Shown piece after piece: positions 28,101-39,700 of a DNA stretch of 64,000 nt (within the stretch, counting starts at the first letter, position 1; each line of letters starts with the position of its first letter). The notes under the pieces are model-generated. The model did no database searches and had not been told where the DNA came from. It saw only the letters and a program-made list of their open reading frames with translations. The position numbers and the translations under genes are program-made. Origin of the DNA: Takakia lepidozioides (Eukaryota > Plantae > Bryophyta). The stretch covers positions 24,366,001-24,430,000 of the forward strand of contig CM060733.1 of assembly GCA_030704615.1 (NCBI GenBank). Direction: 5' to 3'.

Positions 28101-28203
28101 CTCCAGCACTTACGCACTGACACAAATGCAAAACAAATATGATTTGAAACCAAACCATTCGACGGAGGCACTCACCGAGCTTGTTGCGCTTGGACTTCGG
28201 CAT
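25181..28203 (-). CDS. MRT4: mRNA turnover protein 4 / ribosome assembly factor (uL10 paralogue), 8 exons
   Basis: MPKSKRNKL|VTLSKTKKKGKEQKE..FSFENMRNTKFKEFR|FFLGSNKVLQIALGR..|MLHGDCGLFFTN|..DFARTGSLATET|VELQEGPLEQFTHDMEPFLRKQGMPVRLNR|GVVELIADYTVC..ISPEASRIL|RLLGVQMAAFRLHLICHW..*; stop at 25181-25183. Confidence 0.93.
26258..26590 (-). mobile_element. LINE 3' fragment (family A, copy 2) in MRT4 intron
   Basis: GAGAGAATGTACTCAT terminus present twice (26260, 26333). Body matches 10081-10360 and 43004-43280 (AGACCCCAACA.GGCCAGG..TTAGGCTCAGCCTC). Confidence 0.75.
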
Positions 28204-28309
28204 TTTCAAGAAATTACTTGCAAACCCAACACCCCCAGGCCGAAAGAACGAAGCTATGGAAGGAAGCACAGTCTTCACTTCCACCGGGTTGTCCTGGAAT
28301 TGTTGCTCA

Positions 28310-28319
28310 AAACCCTAAC
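28310..28319. promoter_or_regulatory. Telo-box (AAACCCTAA) upstream of MRT4; a second, TTAGGGTTT, lies near 29304 upstream of ALY
   Basis: Exact motif about 110 bp upstream of the MRT4 ATG. Telo-boxes are typical of plant ribosome-biogenesis and translation genes. Confidence 0.55.
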
Positions 28320-28335
28320 CATGGCATGGCTCCGC

Positions 28336-28615
28336 CAGTGTTTTCATTTCTGGCGAAATTTCGCAGTTTTTCGACCTCAGAAATAAATCGAATATTCTTT
28401 CGTAAATTCCCTATTTTCTCATGGATGAAATCGCCAAAATTCTCCAAAACAAATATAAATATTGGATGAATTCTCCTAATATGGATGATATACATGGATG
28501 AAAAGGAAGAAGAGGATGATTCTGTCCAAATTTTAGTGGATGAACAGAAAATATGGCTATTTCCTGCAAAACTCAGTCACAGCCACTCCTGTTATTTTCC
28601 CAAATTTGGCACATC
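28336..28615. mobile_element. hAT-family left end / non-autonomous remnant related to the 2699 element
   Basis: CAGTGTTTTCATTTCTGGCGAAATTTCGCAGTTTTTCGACCT closely matches the element end CAGTGTTTTTATTTTTGGCGAAGTTTCGCACCTTTTCGACCT at 2699. No clean right TIR or TSD; a degenerate AAAAACACGTG lies near 28850. Confidence 0.7.
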
Positions 28616-28855
28616 GGCTGGTAGTTCAGCTGGTAAGTGCACGGTGTGTCGCCCTGGTGGTTCGGGGTTCAAACCCGCTGCCCTGCCCCTTGTGTGGGCT
28701 GGGCGTTGATCGTCCTGTAGGCCTCATGGCCCATAAATGAAAGGGAGTTAATTTTTCCCCCTCCTCAAGAGCCTGAATTGTGGGCCGTCGCTCCCAGGTT
28801 TCCTTTTCAAAAAACAAAAAACAAAAACAAAGAAAAACGAATTGAAAAAAAAAAC
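28616..28855 (+). mobile_element. tRNA-derived SINE-like element
   Basis: Pol III A-box TAGTTCAGCTGG (28622-28633) and B-box GGTTCAAACCC (28666-28676) at tRNA spacing, but no full cloverleaf. Followed by an unrelated body and an A-rich tail (28808-28855). Confidence 0.55.
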
Positions 28856-29380
28856 ACGTGTCATGTATGCTGAGCACCATGACTCTATGCATGGGTGCAT
28901 GGAGGGCATGATGGATGCATGTGAGCACGAGGGCATCTTCTTGAAACCGCAACCCTTCGTTGTTCTTTTGCTCCTCTCGTTTGTCGTCTGTGCATCGCCA
29001 TCGCCTCGTTTTGGGATCAGATCCCTCGTCTTCTTTCAAAGCTTTCACTTTCCCTGTGTCTGATTGTCTTGGCTGACTGCTGTAGCAAGGATAATCTCTC
29101 GAAAGCGGTTAAACACTTCTTTCTAGGGTTTTCTTTCTCGAAGGTGTTGTGGGACGCCCTGCTGCATCCAAGCTTTTCGAAAGTGCTGGTATTCTGCGCT
29201 TGAACGGGATTCGCATACTTCTTCGCCGCCATCCGTTGGAAGTACTTGCTCTCTTCACAATCATCGCCTCGGCCAACAGCGCTGCTTTTGATTGGTGCAT
29301 TTATTAGGGTTTCATTGGTTTGCCTTCAACTGGGATCGGCTACAGACGTGAGGTATTAGAGTGGGAATAAAGCAGGGACC

Positions 29381-32000
29381 ATGACAAGTGCGTTGGATAT
29401 GTCACTGGACGATTTGATCAAGAACAGCAAACCGGTGGGACGAGGACGAGGCGGCAGAGGTAACGGGGTCCGCAGAGGTGCTGCCAATGTTGGTGGCTAT
29501 GGGGCCACCAAGACAACCGGGCCAGCCCGCAGACAAATGATTCGGGCTACTGCTCGTCCTTCGCCTTACGCGACAGCCAAGGCAAGCAAGTGGCATCCCC
29601 TCAATTGCTTAACTTATTCGCCATGCCAGACAGCCTGTAGCATCCGTTGATGTAGACACTTGGGAAATAGCTACCAGTCAGACACAGATCCCTGAGAGTA
29701 CCAATGGTTTTTAAAGACATTTGCGATGATATGCGATGACACAGATACTCTGAAAGTACCAATGGTTTTGTAAAGGCAGACACTTTTCTTCCGTCTCGGG
29801 TTTAGGGCGAGTCTACTTTTGAAGACATGGTGTACGGAAGGGAGCGGGGTTTGTTTTGTGGATGCAATATGAAGAGAGGATTATTTGGGAGATCTATGGA
29901 CGTGCAGTGCTCCACCTGCCGGCTCTCATTTTTGACGGTCATTTGTAGTTCATCTTCGGCTGCACTGCTGGGGGCTACTTCTGATGAATGCAGTCAGCGC
30001 TTACAATTACGTACATATGTTGACCTTCTCTGCAGTGACTCAATATCCTGGGAGGAGGTATCCATAACTAATGTTCCCAGGATGTGGCTTAGGATGTGGC
30101 TTTTTCCTGCATCAGCGTCACTAATGCCGTTGCTATGTTCTGCACGGCTGTGGCGCGTCTGTGTGTCTCTGTTTGCTTTTACGTGCTCTTAGTGGGAGAG
30201 AATGTGCGAGAGAGACTGTGCTGATGGCCTATAGTTTGGCACGCAATGCCTATTTGTGTGTTTAATTTGTGGAAACAGTCCATTCGCCGGGCCACCAACA
30301 CTGCATGGCAGCATGATATGTATGAGGATGCTCCAGGTGTTATCCCTGCTGCAGCCAGGTCCACTGGGATTGAAACAGGGACTAAGCTCTACATCTCCAA
30401 TCTTGACTATGGAGTCTCCAATGAAGACATAAAGGTCAGTTTGCCACTTAACATTCTATTTGTGAATATTTCATGCTAGCCCTGTTATGATCCAGTGACA
30501 AGTTCCAGTGTGAAGGGACTTATTGTTGCCCTTGTCTTTTTCTTATCAGAGCCGACGCATGTAATTGGGAGTTAAACATAGTTTTGCTATTGCTCAAGGG
30601 CAACTTTTGAGAGAGTTTTGATGTAAGAGTGGCTTTAGAGAAGACGAAGTGGAAGCTGTTGAGTTTGCAAGTAAATCAAATACGGTTCCAGCTGTCTGTG
30701 ATCAGTAGGCAGCCTATTGACAAATTCATTAGGACCACTAGTGGTTGGCTGCATTGGGTAGAAAAGGACTTGCCTTGGGGCCCTAGCAGCTATTAACCTA
30801 AACAGGCTGGTGGTGGAGCTGCAGAATGTGCTTACACTCCAGGAATCATACGTCTTAGACAGCTTGTTCTACAAATCATGCGTCCTTGATATGCTTGCAT
30901 TGTTTCACGATGTTTGAGAGGGTCTGATTTGTTCTATTAAGTTTTGGGCTTGGAGCAGGAGCTCTTTCAAGAGGTTGGTGATTTGAAGCGCTGCTCAATC
31001 CATTATGACCGCAGCGGTCGTTCAAAGGTGAGGATCCTTTTTACTTTGGTGTCCCTGCTGTAGTCTTGTTGGAGGTAATGTTTCCCTTGTGGGGCTATGC
31101 TACCTGCAGATGATGTTTTTAATGACATTTCTGGTCTAACAAAAAAGTAGTTCTTGTTCTATGCTTCACAGGGTCTGTCAGAGTTGGTAAGCCTGTGTGA
31201 CAGCACAGTGGGTTAAACTGCTGAGGGTGAAAAATTTGTAACATCAGTCTGTAGCATGACAGAATTTTAAATGAAGATGTAGGCTTGCATTTGTATTTAT
31301 TGTGGTTTTGTAAACAAGCAGGGGACAGCAGAGGTAGTATTCTCAAGGAAAGCCGATGGTGTTGCTGCATTGAGGCGATACAACAATGTCCAGCTTGATG
31401 GAAAGGCAATGAAGATAGAACTCATTGGGACTAACCTGAGTACTGCCATCACAACAGCAATGGTCCGAGCTTCCAATGGAACACTTGCCACCAATCCCGG
31501 CCTGGGTGCTATTGTCATGGGGTATATTTCTGTACCTTGATGTGGTTGAAGTTGTTGGTTTGTCGTGTTTTGTGTTTTGTGGGGGTATTTTGCCAATGCT
31601 GGTTGGAAGAAATGTAGTCTAGCTAGTTTTCCTTATTTCTAAAGTTTATTTCCTTTCTGTTGAGGGAGGTTGGGAAGACATCTGAAAACTCAATCAGAAG
31701 TATAGCAGGCCAAGAAATGCTAGCTCATGCAGGGCCCACCTCTTTGTCTGTTGTCTCTATCTCCGTGTCGAAGATTATGGATGCAACAGCCTGATTGAAA
31801 GGTCTGAAATGTGTTTGTGCAGCACTTCGAACCGTGGGCGGGGCATTGTTGGCGGTAGACGTGGGGCCAGCGCGTATAGGGGTCGAGGGAGAGGCCGGGG
31901 TGCTGGTCGTGGCCGAGGAACAAATGGAGTAGAGAAAAGCGTGGAGGATTTGGATGCTGATTTGGAATCCTACCACGCAGAGGCTATGCAAATATCTTAG
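29381..32000 (+). CDS. ALY: ALY/REF (THO complex subunit 4) mRNA export adaptor, 5 exons
   Basis: N-terminal REF box LDMSLDDLI; RG-rich region; RRM (TKLYISNLDYGVSNEDIK|ELFQEVGDLKRCSIHYDRSGRSK|GTAEVVF..YNNVQLDGKAMKIE); C-terminal box KSVEDLDADLESYH. Exons about 29381-29581, 30279-30433, 30959-31027, 31322-31521 and 31823-32000. Confidence 0.95.
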
Positions 32001-32581
32001 TTTCTCTTTCTGTGGCTAGGAAATTCAATGGAGGCAGTGTGTGATTAGTTTGCCAATGAGTTTCCTTATTGGGGGGTTTGCATTATTGGGTGTGCAAGCA
32101 AAAGCTGGATTTCATATTTAAGCTTTAGCTGTGTTTGTAGGTGAGGATTAGAGTAAGCTATTGGCCAATCAGGTACTGCTTTCTGTTGGAAGGGTGGCAG
32201 ACCAGGCTCCATGCTGTCAAAAGTCTGTACCTTATTTTGGGTGTGAGAGTACACATGGGCAAAGGCTCTGATAGTCTGGTGTTCTGTTCATGTCTTAACT
32301 CCTCTATATAGTTTTGAGTTAACTTTGCTGAAAGGATGTTCTGAGCACTGTTTCCTAAGGCTTTGCCAGTGTTCTCCCTGGTCTTGTAAGTGGGCAAAGT
32401 TCAAGTGCTCATTTTGTGGTCATTTTTATACTCCCAATTCTGAACTTCAGCATACTCTGAGGACAGGATTTGTTTTCTTCCTTGAAGCAAACGAGGCAAC
32501 GCAGTGAAGGCCAATGGAGAGGAGATGACTGTCTTGTCACAAAATACTCTGGTTTATTCTTCTGTATAAGCTATAAACAGT

Positions 32582-35500
32582 TCAAGCAAACTCCACATCA
32601 AAGGCTGTGGTTTCATCCTTTCTATGACTGACCTCACTACTGAATTTCAAGTTGTCTCTTGTTGTGTGCTCAACACAAGCATTTGCCACCTGCAACTCAC
32701 ATCTGTTCATGTCAACTTCCACTACAGCACCCAACGCAATAGCTCTGTTATCAATTGTGTGCCCAATTGGGAGGCCAGCCAGCACTGGCAGATCAAGAGG
32801 CAACTCCATTTCCTGAAGCCAGAACCAATCCTCCCCCCTCTTCTTGCTGCCCAACTTCTTGTCCTGCTCCACCATGTTGGCTGAAAAAACATGCACAAAC
32901 CAAAAGTTCTCACCAGGGCCAAAACTGCAGCCCATCTCCAACTCAGCAATCTTTAAAGAGTTAACAGAGTCATACATGTTTGATGGTCCACTTGAAAAGA
33001 GTCACCAAAATCACCAAGAACAAGAGCTGCCAAATTGTGCAGTACTTGTTGGCCTCCTGCTGCTGATATCAGTTGTGTGAACATGTGGTCAAGCCTATAT
33101 GCTGCTTCATTCACTGATGAAACACCCCAAGGATTAAATATTGACTCCTGCCAAAGCAAGCATAAACCATGGGTTTCTTTCACCCTGAAGGGCTACTACC
33201 TTCCCTTTGGAAGGTGGATGCCTTGGGTTGGCCAAACCTCCCCTAATGGGTGACATCTAACATTGTGTCATGCTCACAAATTATCATTGAACAAAGCGAT
33301 GTCTGAATGGAATGTGAGTCAAAGGGATATCAAAATATAGAAGGTGTGTCTAGATATTGCTTGGCAAACAGAACCAAATATTTTGAATGTACATTGACAT
33401 GAAGAACAAACCTACCATCTTCCAAGAGGAGAACACTGCCACACAGATTTTCTTGCCAAGGGGTTCCAGCGAGGGAGGTTACTACAGTCATATTTCCCCC
33501 AACCAGACGCCCCTGAACTACCCCATTTGTTTTGACAGCCCTTCCGATCTGCAAACACCACCCCTGCACCTTGAATGTCAAAACTTTGTAAGCTTTCCCT
33601 AGCATGGATTACTTACATGAAGAGTTCCAGATGCAATATTAAATGGAAATGCATGAGCTTTTCCATATGGGCTGACTGGGTCAAAAGGACGTATGCAATT
33701 TTGAAAAAGTGGCTGAACATCATGTTGGTACATTATCAACAAATGGATCAAATTGGAAACTTTTGTTGTGAATGTACCTTAAGGGGGGGACAAGCAGCTT
33801 GAACTGTTGGAGCAAACAAAGCAAGAGCCTCCTTGCTCTCCTCTACCAATAGAGAAGTGGCAGGCTTGGGAGTGTGGAAGGTCACATATCCAGGCACGGC
33901 CCTTCTCATCAGACTGCACATTTATGGGTCAACATGTTCCAAACTCAGCCCTCGAGCCCCTTTGAGCATGGACTGCTTTGAGATGAAGGGCATTTGCACT
34001 AAACCCCAGAACTCATGTGTCAAAATGCTGGTTTGTAGAGAAGCTTCGTAGAGATTTCTGAGATAAAAGCTGTACTTATTATACCTCTGGAGAGAATGTG
34101 GCTTCTACTAGTGTTGTAACCACCATCTTCCTGAGCAGAGCAGAGCTTTAACAATTAAAGAAGCAGTGTATTGCTCCAGAAAGACAAAGCTGTTGTTGAA
34201 ACTTGCAAGGCCCATGCATGATTTTGAGAAGCACTGTAATGTAGAAATGCAGAGTCGACATGTGAGGGAGAACTTCTGTCATGAGGAAACAGTCCACTTT
34301 AGATATACCTTCCATGTTTGTTAAGAGATTGGGTATGGTACTATAATGTAAGCATGTATACATACCTCCAATGGAGACTTTTGTCCAGGATAATATATAT
34401 GATGTCACAATACCCTACAATTGCAATCATCCTCCTCCCAAAGAGGTTCAGTTGAGAAACATTGAAATTGGATACATGAGCTCTAGGTTGAAAGATACAA
34501 ATACCAGTTTTGGAAGCTTGCATTTTGGTTGGAGAAAATGTGAACATTTACAAAATGACTACACAAAATAGGATTTTGGGGTGTAGAGAAACCTTTGAAG
34601 AGCGCTTGTCAATCACAGACTAGTCACAAGGTAATGACAGGCAAGCCCAGCAGAGGAAAGAGGCTCACATGAACTGGATTCCACATTGGAGGCCATTCTC
34701 ACTCTCTGACATGCAACGACAGAGGTCTCACATCCTGGGTGCAGCTCTGAGAGTGAAAATAATGCTCAGTGGAGGGTGAGCCTTGAATTCATTAGCTGCA
34801 CTCAGATTGCAACGGGCCTAGGGCCTATGGTTTGTCGGATTATGACAAACAGAAGAAAAAAATAACACAATAGGGTTAAGCACTGGCATTGAGGAAGCAG
34901 ATGAAGTACCGGTGTAGGGCACTGATGTCAGAGAAGCCAAAGAAACGCTTATGAGGAATATTGTGTGGGCCAAGATTGTGCGGGGGCAATTTGTGGAGTA
35001 ACCGTGTGCATCCATACCCAACTTTTGCACACACACCTGCCGCCAGAGTAGGGTCATCAAATACTTCCACCAAAGCTTCTGCTCGCTCCTCATCGGAACC
35101 TGCAAGATGTCCGTGCTGTGCAAGCACCTGGCGGTGTACCACTGGTTCTAGACCCCTTCCCGCCAGACCCACAGGATATGCGATTCTGAAGTGTACACTT
35201 GTAAAGATAGCATATTCACAAGAATGAAAATGGAACAAACTATGTAACGCCCAGGGACCTGAATGGGTGGGCCACGGTATGAAAGAGCCTCGATAATACG
35301 AGCTAAAGGGTTCAATCAAACAAACAGACTCGATGTAGAACGGATACATGTGTATATAAAATAAATGCGAAGCAAAGTAGCATATTGTAATTCTCCAAAC
35401 CTAGTCACAAAACTGAGACTTTTGGCTCACCCTCGAGACTTTCAAAGCTGGTAAACAGAGGTACAGGTAAACAGAGGTACATGCACAATTCCTTGATGGA

Positions 35501-35814
35501 TTTGAAGAGGACGTCTCTCTGGGTGAGAGTACCCAGGACAATGAATCAGGAAGTGAATGCCCACACAACGGGCAATTGCAATCGCCCTCTCCTATCTGCT
35601 TCTGTTTGCTGTTAAAAGGTAGGCTTCCCTGAGTTGAGAGCGAGTGAGAGACAGAGACAGACAGCAGGAGCACAAGAGGGCAATGCCGTCATCAAGAAGC
35701 CAGGCCGGCCGGCGCCACAATGCTCACTCTGTCTCCTTTCTTCACCGCAGGGGGCACCACCATCTCCATTGACAGACCACAGTAGGCACCATCTACAGTG
35801 CTTGGAATCTTCAT
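32582..35814 (-). pseudogene. Peptidase S66 (LD-carboxypeptidase/LdcA-like), intron-containing, 5' exon disrupted
   Basis: PPAVKKGDRVSIVAPAG; HLAGSDEERAEAL; CAKVGYGCTRLL; GFSDISALH (Ser); GRLVGGNMTVVTSLAGTPW; LLLED|VNEAAYRLDHMFTQL (Glu); LPIGHTIDN (His). Exon 1 has stops after APAG (the frame shifts to LLDDGIALL) and is separated from GLEPVV by about 500 bp containing a LINE piece. Confidence 0.82.
35424..35635 (-). mobile_element. LINE fragment (family A, copy 4) inside the S66 5' coding region
   Basis: GSLPFNSK..CNCPLCG..HFLIHCPGYSH matches 43250-43440 and 10333-10505; adjacent to a GA/GACA microsatellite. Confidence 0.72.
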
Positions 35815-36746
35815 CGTCTCTGATCCCAGTTGGCACGCGCTGAAGTGGGGCTCCCGCGCGGTTGGTTGCTCAGTTTCATGTGAAGAAGCAGTTAGAGAAA
35901 ACTGTTACAGTTAGGGAGTGTGAAGAGTGTTAAGGGTCGCTAACGAGTGCACCTACCTTGTTAGTTACAGGACGCTCAGTTATGTTCGCGTGAAATCGTT
36001 CCTGCCTCAGTCTTCGCTCAAACGGCGCGCGGAACGGTGCGTGGCTGTCCCGAGAAGACGACGAAGGGTTGGTACAGCCGCAACCAAATTACAATGCCGC
36101 CCCCGATCTCTCCCTTGTTTTCCCTCTACATATTCGTGTGCGTGTGTCTCATAGAGCGAGGGAAGGAGAGAGGGAGAGAAACGAAAGAGAGTGCGTGATT
36201 TTACGTGGCTGGGGATGTTTTTCAAGAATTGGCCTCTAGCTGATCAATCCCCTCGTGTGTTTGGATAACACTGTTTCCTGGAGAGTGATATGAATGTTAC
36301 AATCATTAGCTGAGTTCTCGATCATCTGTCAGAGCTCGGTGTGGTTTCTGTGAGTTAACTCTCTGAGAATTGCATCTTGTCGTGGAGTGTGGAGTTTGTT
36401 CGGAGTCTTGATGAGGTCACAGGAGCGGCCGATTGGAGTATGTGAATTTAATATAAGGTTTGAGGAGCTTTGAGGTTGTTTAGATTGTGTTGTTCGATTC
36501 GAAATAGATTCCAGTGTGACATCCATCCGGAAGGGTTTTCGTATCCTAAGAATATTTGTTGTATTTGTGGTTGATGCAGTGGATCTGTCGATGGAGATGG
36601 CTGTTTGAATTGGGAAACTTTGATGTGTCTCATTCGATGCGGTACCATCCTTCACCGGGGGCCACTGGATGGACTTCTACCGGTTGGCACACTCATTCGG
36701 TGTTGATAACTGTGATGCTCAACGGTAGTGGCCAAAGATTCGAGCG

Positions 36747-39700
36747 ATGGAAATTTGTGACACCGAAACTCTGGAGGCCAGGTAACTACACAATGTATTT
36801 TGTTGGAGTGATGAAGATTGTTCTGAACAGTGTAAGTTTCCAAGTTTAGAAAAACGACTGCTGAGGATTCCAAATCACGTGTATGGAAGACCCCATTTTC
36901 GAGCCTGTCCTTTCATCTCTCTCTTTTTACCACGTAGAGGCTGAAAAGCCTTGGACTACTTTAGCACAGCAAAGCTCTGGAGCATCACATCATTGGAGAT
37001 ATACGTGGGAGAGTGAAGCCAAGCAACGGTAGTCATTTAGTAGCCAGCTAAAGTTGCCATAAAGGCAGCCTGTTTGTGTTTGCAAATGTAGACTTCAGCT
37101 GTCCAGGTAGTGGTCTGATGCAGAAAGGCAACTGACAGAAATGTGTTTTCACTGCACAGGTATGTTGATGCTTGTGAGAAGTATGGCGTTTACCCTCAAA
37201 GGCAGTGTGCACAGCCTTTGCTAAAGTATGGCATCTCATCTTTGTCTCCACAATTATCACTTTGGTATATGTCATGATCACATCGAAACTTGCAAACTTT
37301 ACCATAGGTATTGCTTCTTTTGCTTCTGATTTCCTGGCAAGGACCTGTTTTAAATCAATTGTCGCCACACATGGAGACCCCTGGGACATAAAGCGGACGT
37401 TTCAAGCAACGAGATGCTGAGTTCCAGCTCTTTAAGAGGGTCTTATGTTACATACTTAGGCCTGCAACATACAATTGTATCGTCTGTCATGTATCTTGGA
37501 CGGTACATGTGCTCAATATGGTTCTGTTGTAGGTATGAGTGGCATGTTACCTTCACTGGTTCTTCTCAAACAAACTGCCGGCTTAATGTTGCATCTAATC
37601 TCGTAGCTGTTGCAATCACATGAGTTAAGATACATGATTGCTTTGTTGATTGGCTGGTCAGGTGAGGATGCAGCAAGCTTTCAAAGAGACACTGGTTTTG
37701 GAGCTTTGCTTGGATCAGATTATGGATGCTGATGCCCTTCCTCTTGCTGACATTCTGACTTTGGTACAAAGCTCAGAGCTAGAGGCGGTTGATGTGGTCC
37801 ACAATAACACTGCTTCCAGTCTTAAGTGGCAAGCACTGGTACAGCTGCTGCGGGCTGCGGGCTGTAAACTCCGTATGACAGACCTGTGTAACAATTCACT
37901 TGGTCGGGAGGCTCTAAGGTAGGCGGTCTCACAACTGTTCATTACGGCTCGTTTATTGTTGTCTCTCCTTCGTGGAGTTGGTTTTCACACACATGGTTAG
38001 CACATGCATGTGGTAATTTCCACCTCAACGTTAATGGCGGTGATAGTATGAAAAAGGATTCCCATCCAGTTATTGTAAGATCCTTTTCAAGCAATGAATC
38101 AATTGAGTTAACCAACAGCTATCCACTGTGTTTGGTAACAGAGAGCTATTTCAGGGAGGACTCCACTGTCAGAGCCTGGACCTCAGTTTCTCACGGGTCC
38201 GCAAACTGGATATGTTGGGACAGTTTCAGGCACTTCACACGCTCAGGCTTGACTACAGTTTTCCATTCACTAGCCTACCTGATGGCTGCTTCTGTGGCAT
38301 GCCAAAGCTGGCAAAGCTGTCTATGTGTGGCACTAGCATTTCAAACCTATGGACGACTTGCACTGCACTGGCCAAACTTCCTGCTCTTTTAGAAGTGCGG
38401 TTTCAGAAGTGTCTGTGCTGCCAGGGGACGGGGCAATGTGAAGCTATGGCAGGCGCCATGAAAAAAGATGGAACAGGTCTCCAAGAGAACGACCTCAATC
38501 TGGTATACTTGTGGCCTTTGAACTGTTTTTTTCTCAAGGTAGTAGAAGTATTTGCCGATCTATTTGACATTTTTGAAGATGGAAACCGCATTTGATTTCT
38601 GTGAATTGCTTCCCTGCTCTCTACTTGAAATGTCACTTGCTTAGCAGGCTCCTTGGGGAGTGATGACTGGGAGAAGCATAAATCCAAATGAGGTGGGAAG
38701 CTTTTGACACTTTTGTGAGTGTTTGGAGGTTTTGAAGAGCAGAATTTCTGCTTCTGTCCTTGCTCGGATGCTTAGTGAACCTTACCTGAATTAAGATGGC
38801 AGGTTCATGCTGAGAAAAATCGCACCAGGGAGTGGGTACCTCCTGTCAGAGACGAGAATGAGTACGACTCTCCAGATTCAGGTTTCTCAGGAAGTGATGA
38901 TGATGACTCAGACAACCTTTTCTCTGATGAAGATTCGGAGGACAATCAGCCCCCCAGCAGCTCTAGCAGGGAGTCAGCAGGGCAGAGCGAAGTAGACCAG
39001 GTCAGTATTTCCTTAATGTCATGAAGCATCTATGAGAGCTTAAGTCTGTTGTGAAATATAAATGTATCTGGAAGTGCGGTTGCGTGGATGGAGTTTTTGA
39101 TGGTGGAAGGCAAATCTCTGCGAGATGGTTACATATTTGACAAATTTAAGAATTGAAGCCTGTACTGCAGGCTGAGGAAAACAAGGGTCAAGCTATGGAC
39201 ATCACCCCAGAAGATGATGTAACTTACCAGGGAGATGTGGAACAAGAAGCTTCGTCAGCAGTTCTAGAGGAACCCCCTTACCAGAATGGCATCTGGGAAT
39301 CCAGTGGGAATACAACCAGTGGCACCAGTCGTATGCTTTTGGACCTCTTAGCACTCGACGATACTGATGTTGTGCTTAGATTGCTCGAATCACAAGATAG
39401 TGTCTCTTCCCTGGCCTGCCTCAGGGCTGATAGGGTGGCTGACGGGGTGGGGGCAGGGGAGCCTAATGGGAAGGTGGCTGCTGACAGGGGGGAGGGCAAT
39501 AGGGAGGAGGCTGAGGCAGTGCCAAGAATTATCAGCACTGAAATGGTTGACCTGGTTCATGAAGTGAATGAGAGACCCAACTCCAGTCCAAGGGTTGGTG
39601 GTGGTGATCGTGGCACGGAGAGAGTAGTTGCCAGCTTTCGAGGTGAAGAGGAAGTGTGCTCTCTTAACACTCCTCGAGCTGCTCTTGCTTTGAGCCTTAG

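Noticed and set aside
29017-29300. Short minus-strand ORFs in the MRT4/ALY gap
   Set aside because: No recognisable homology; promoter/UTR-like context.
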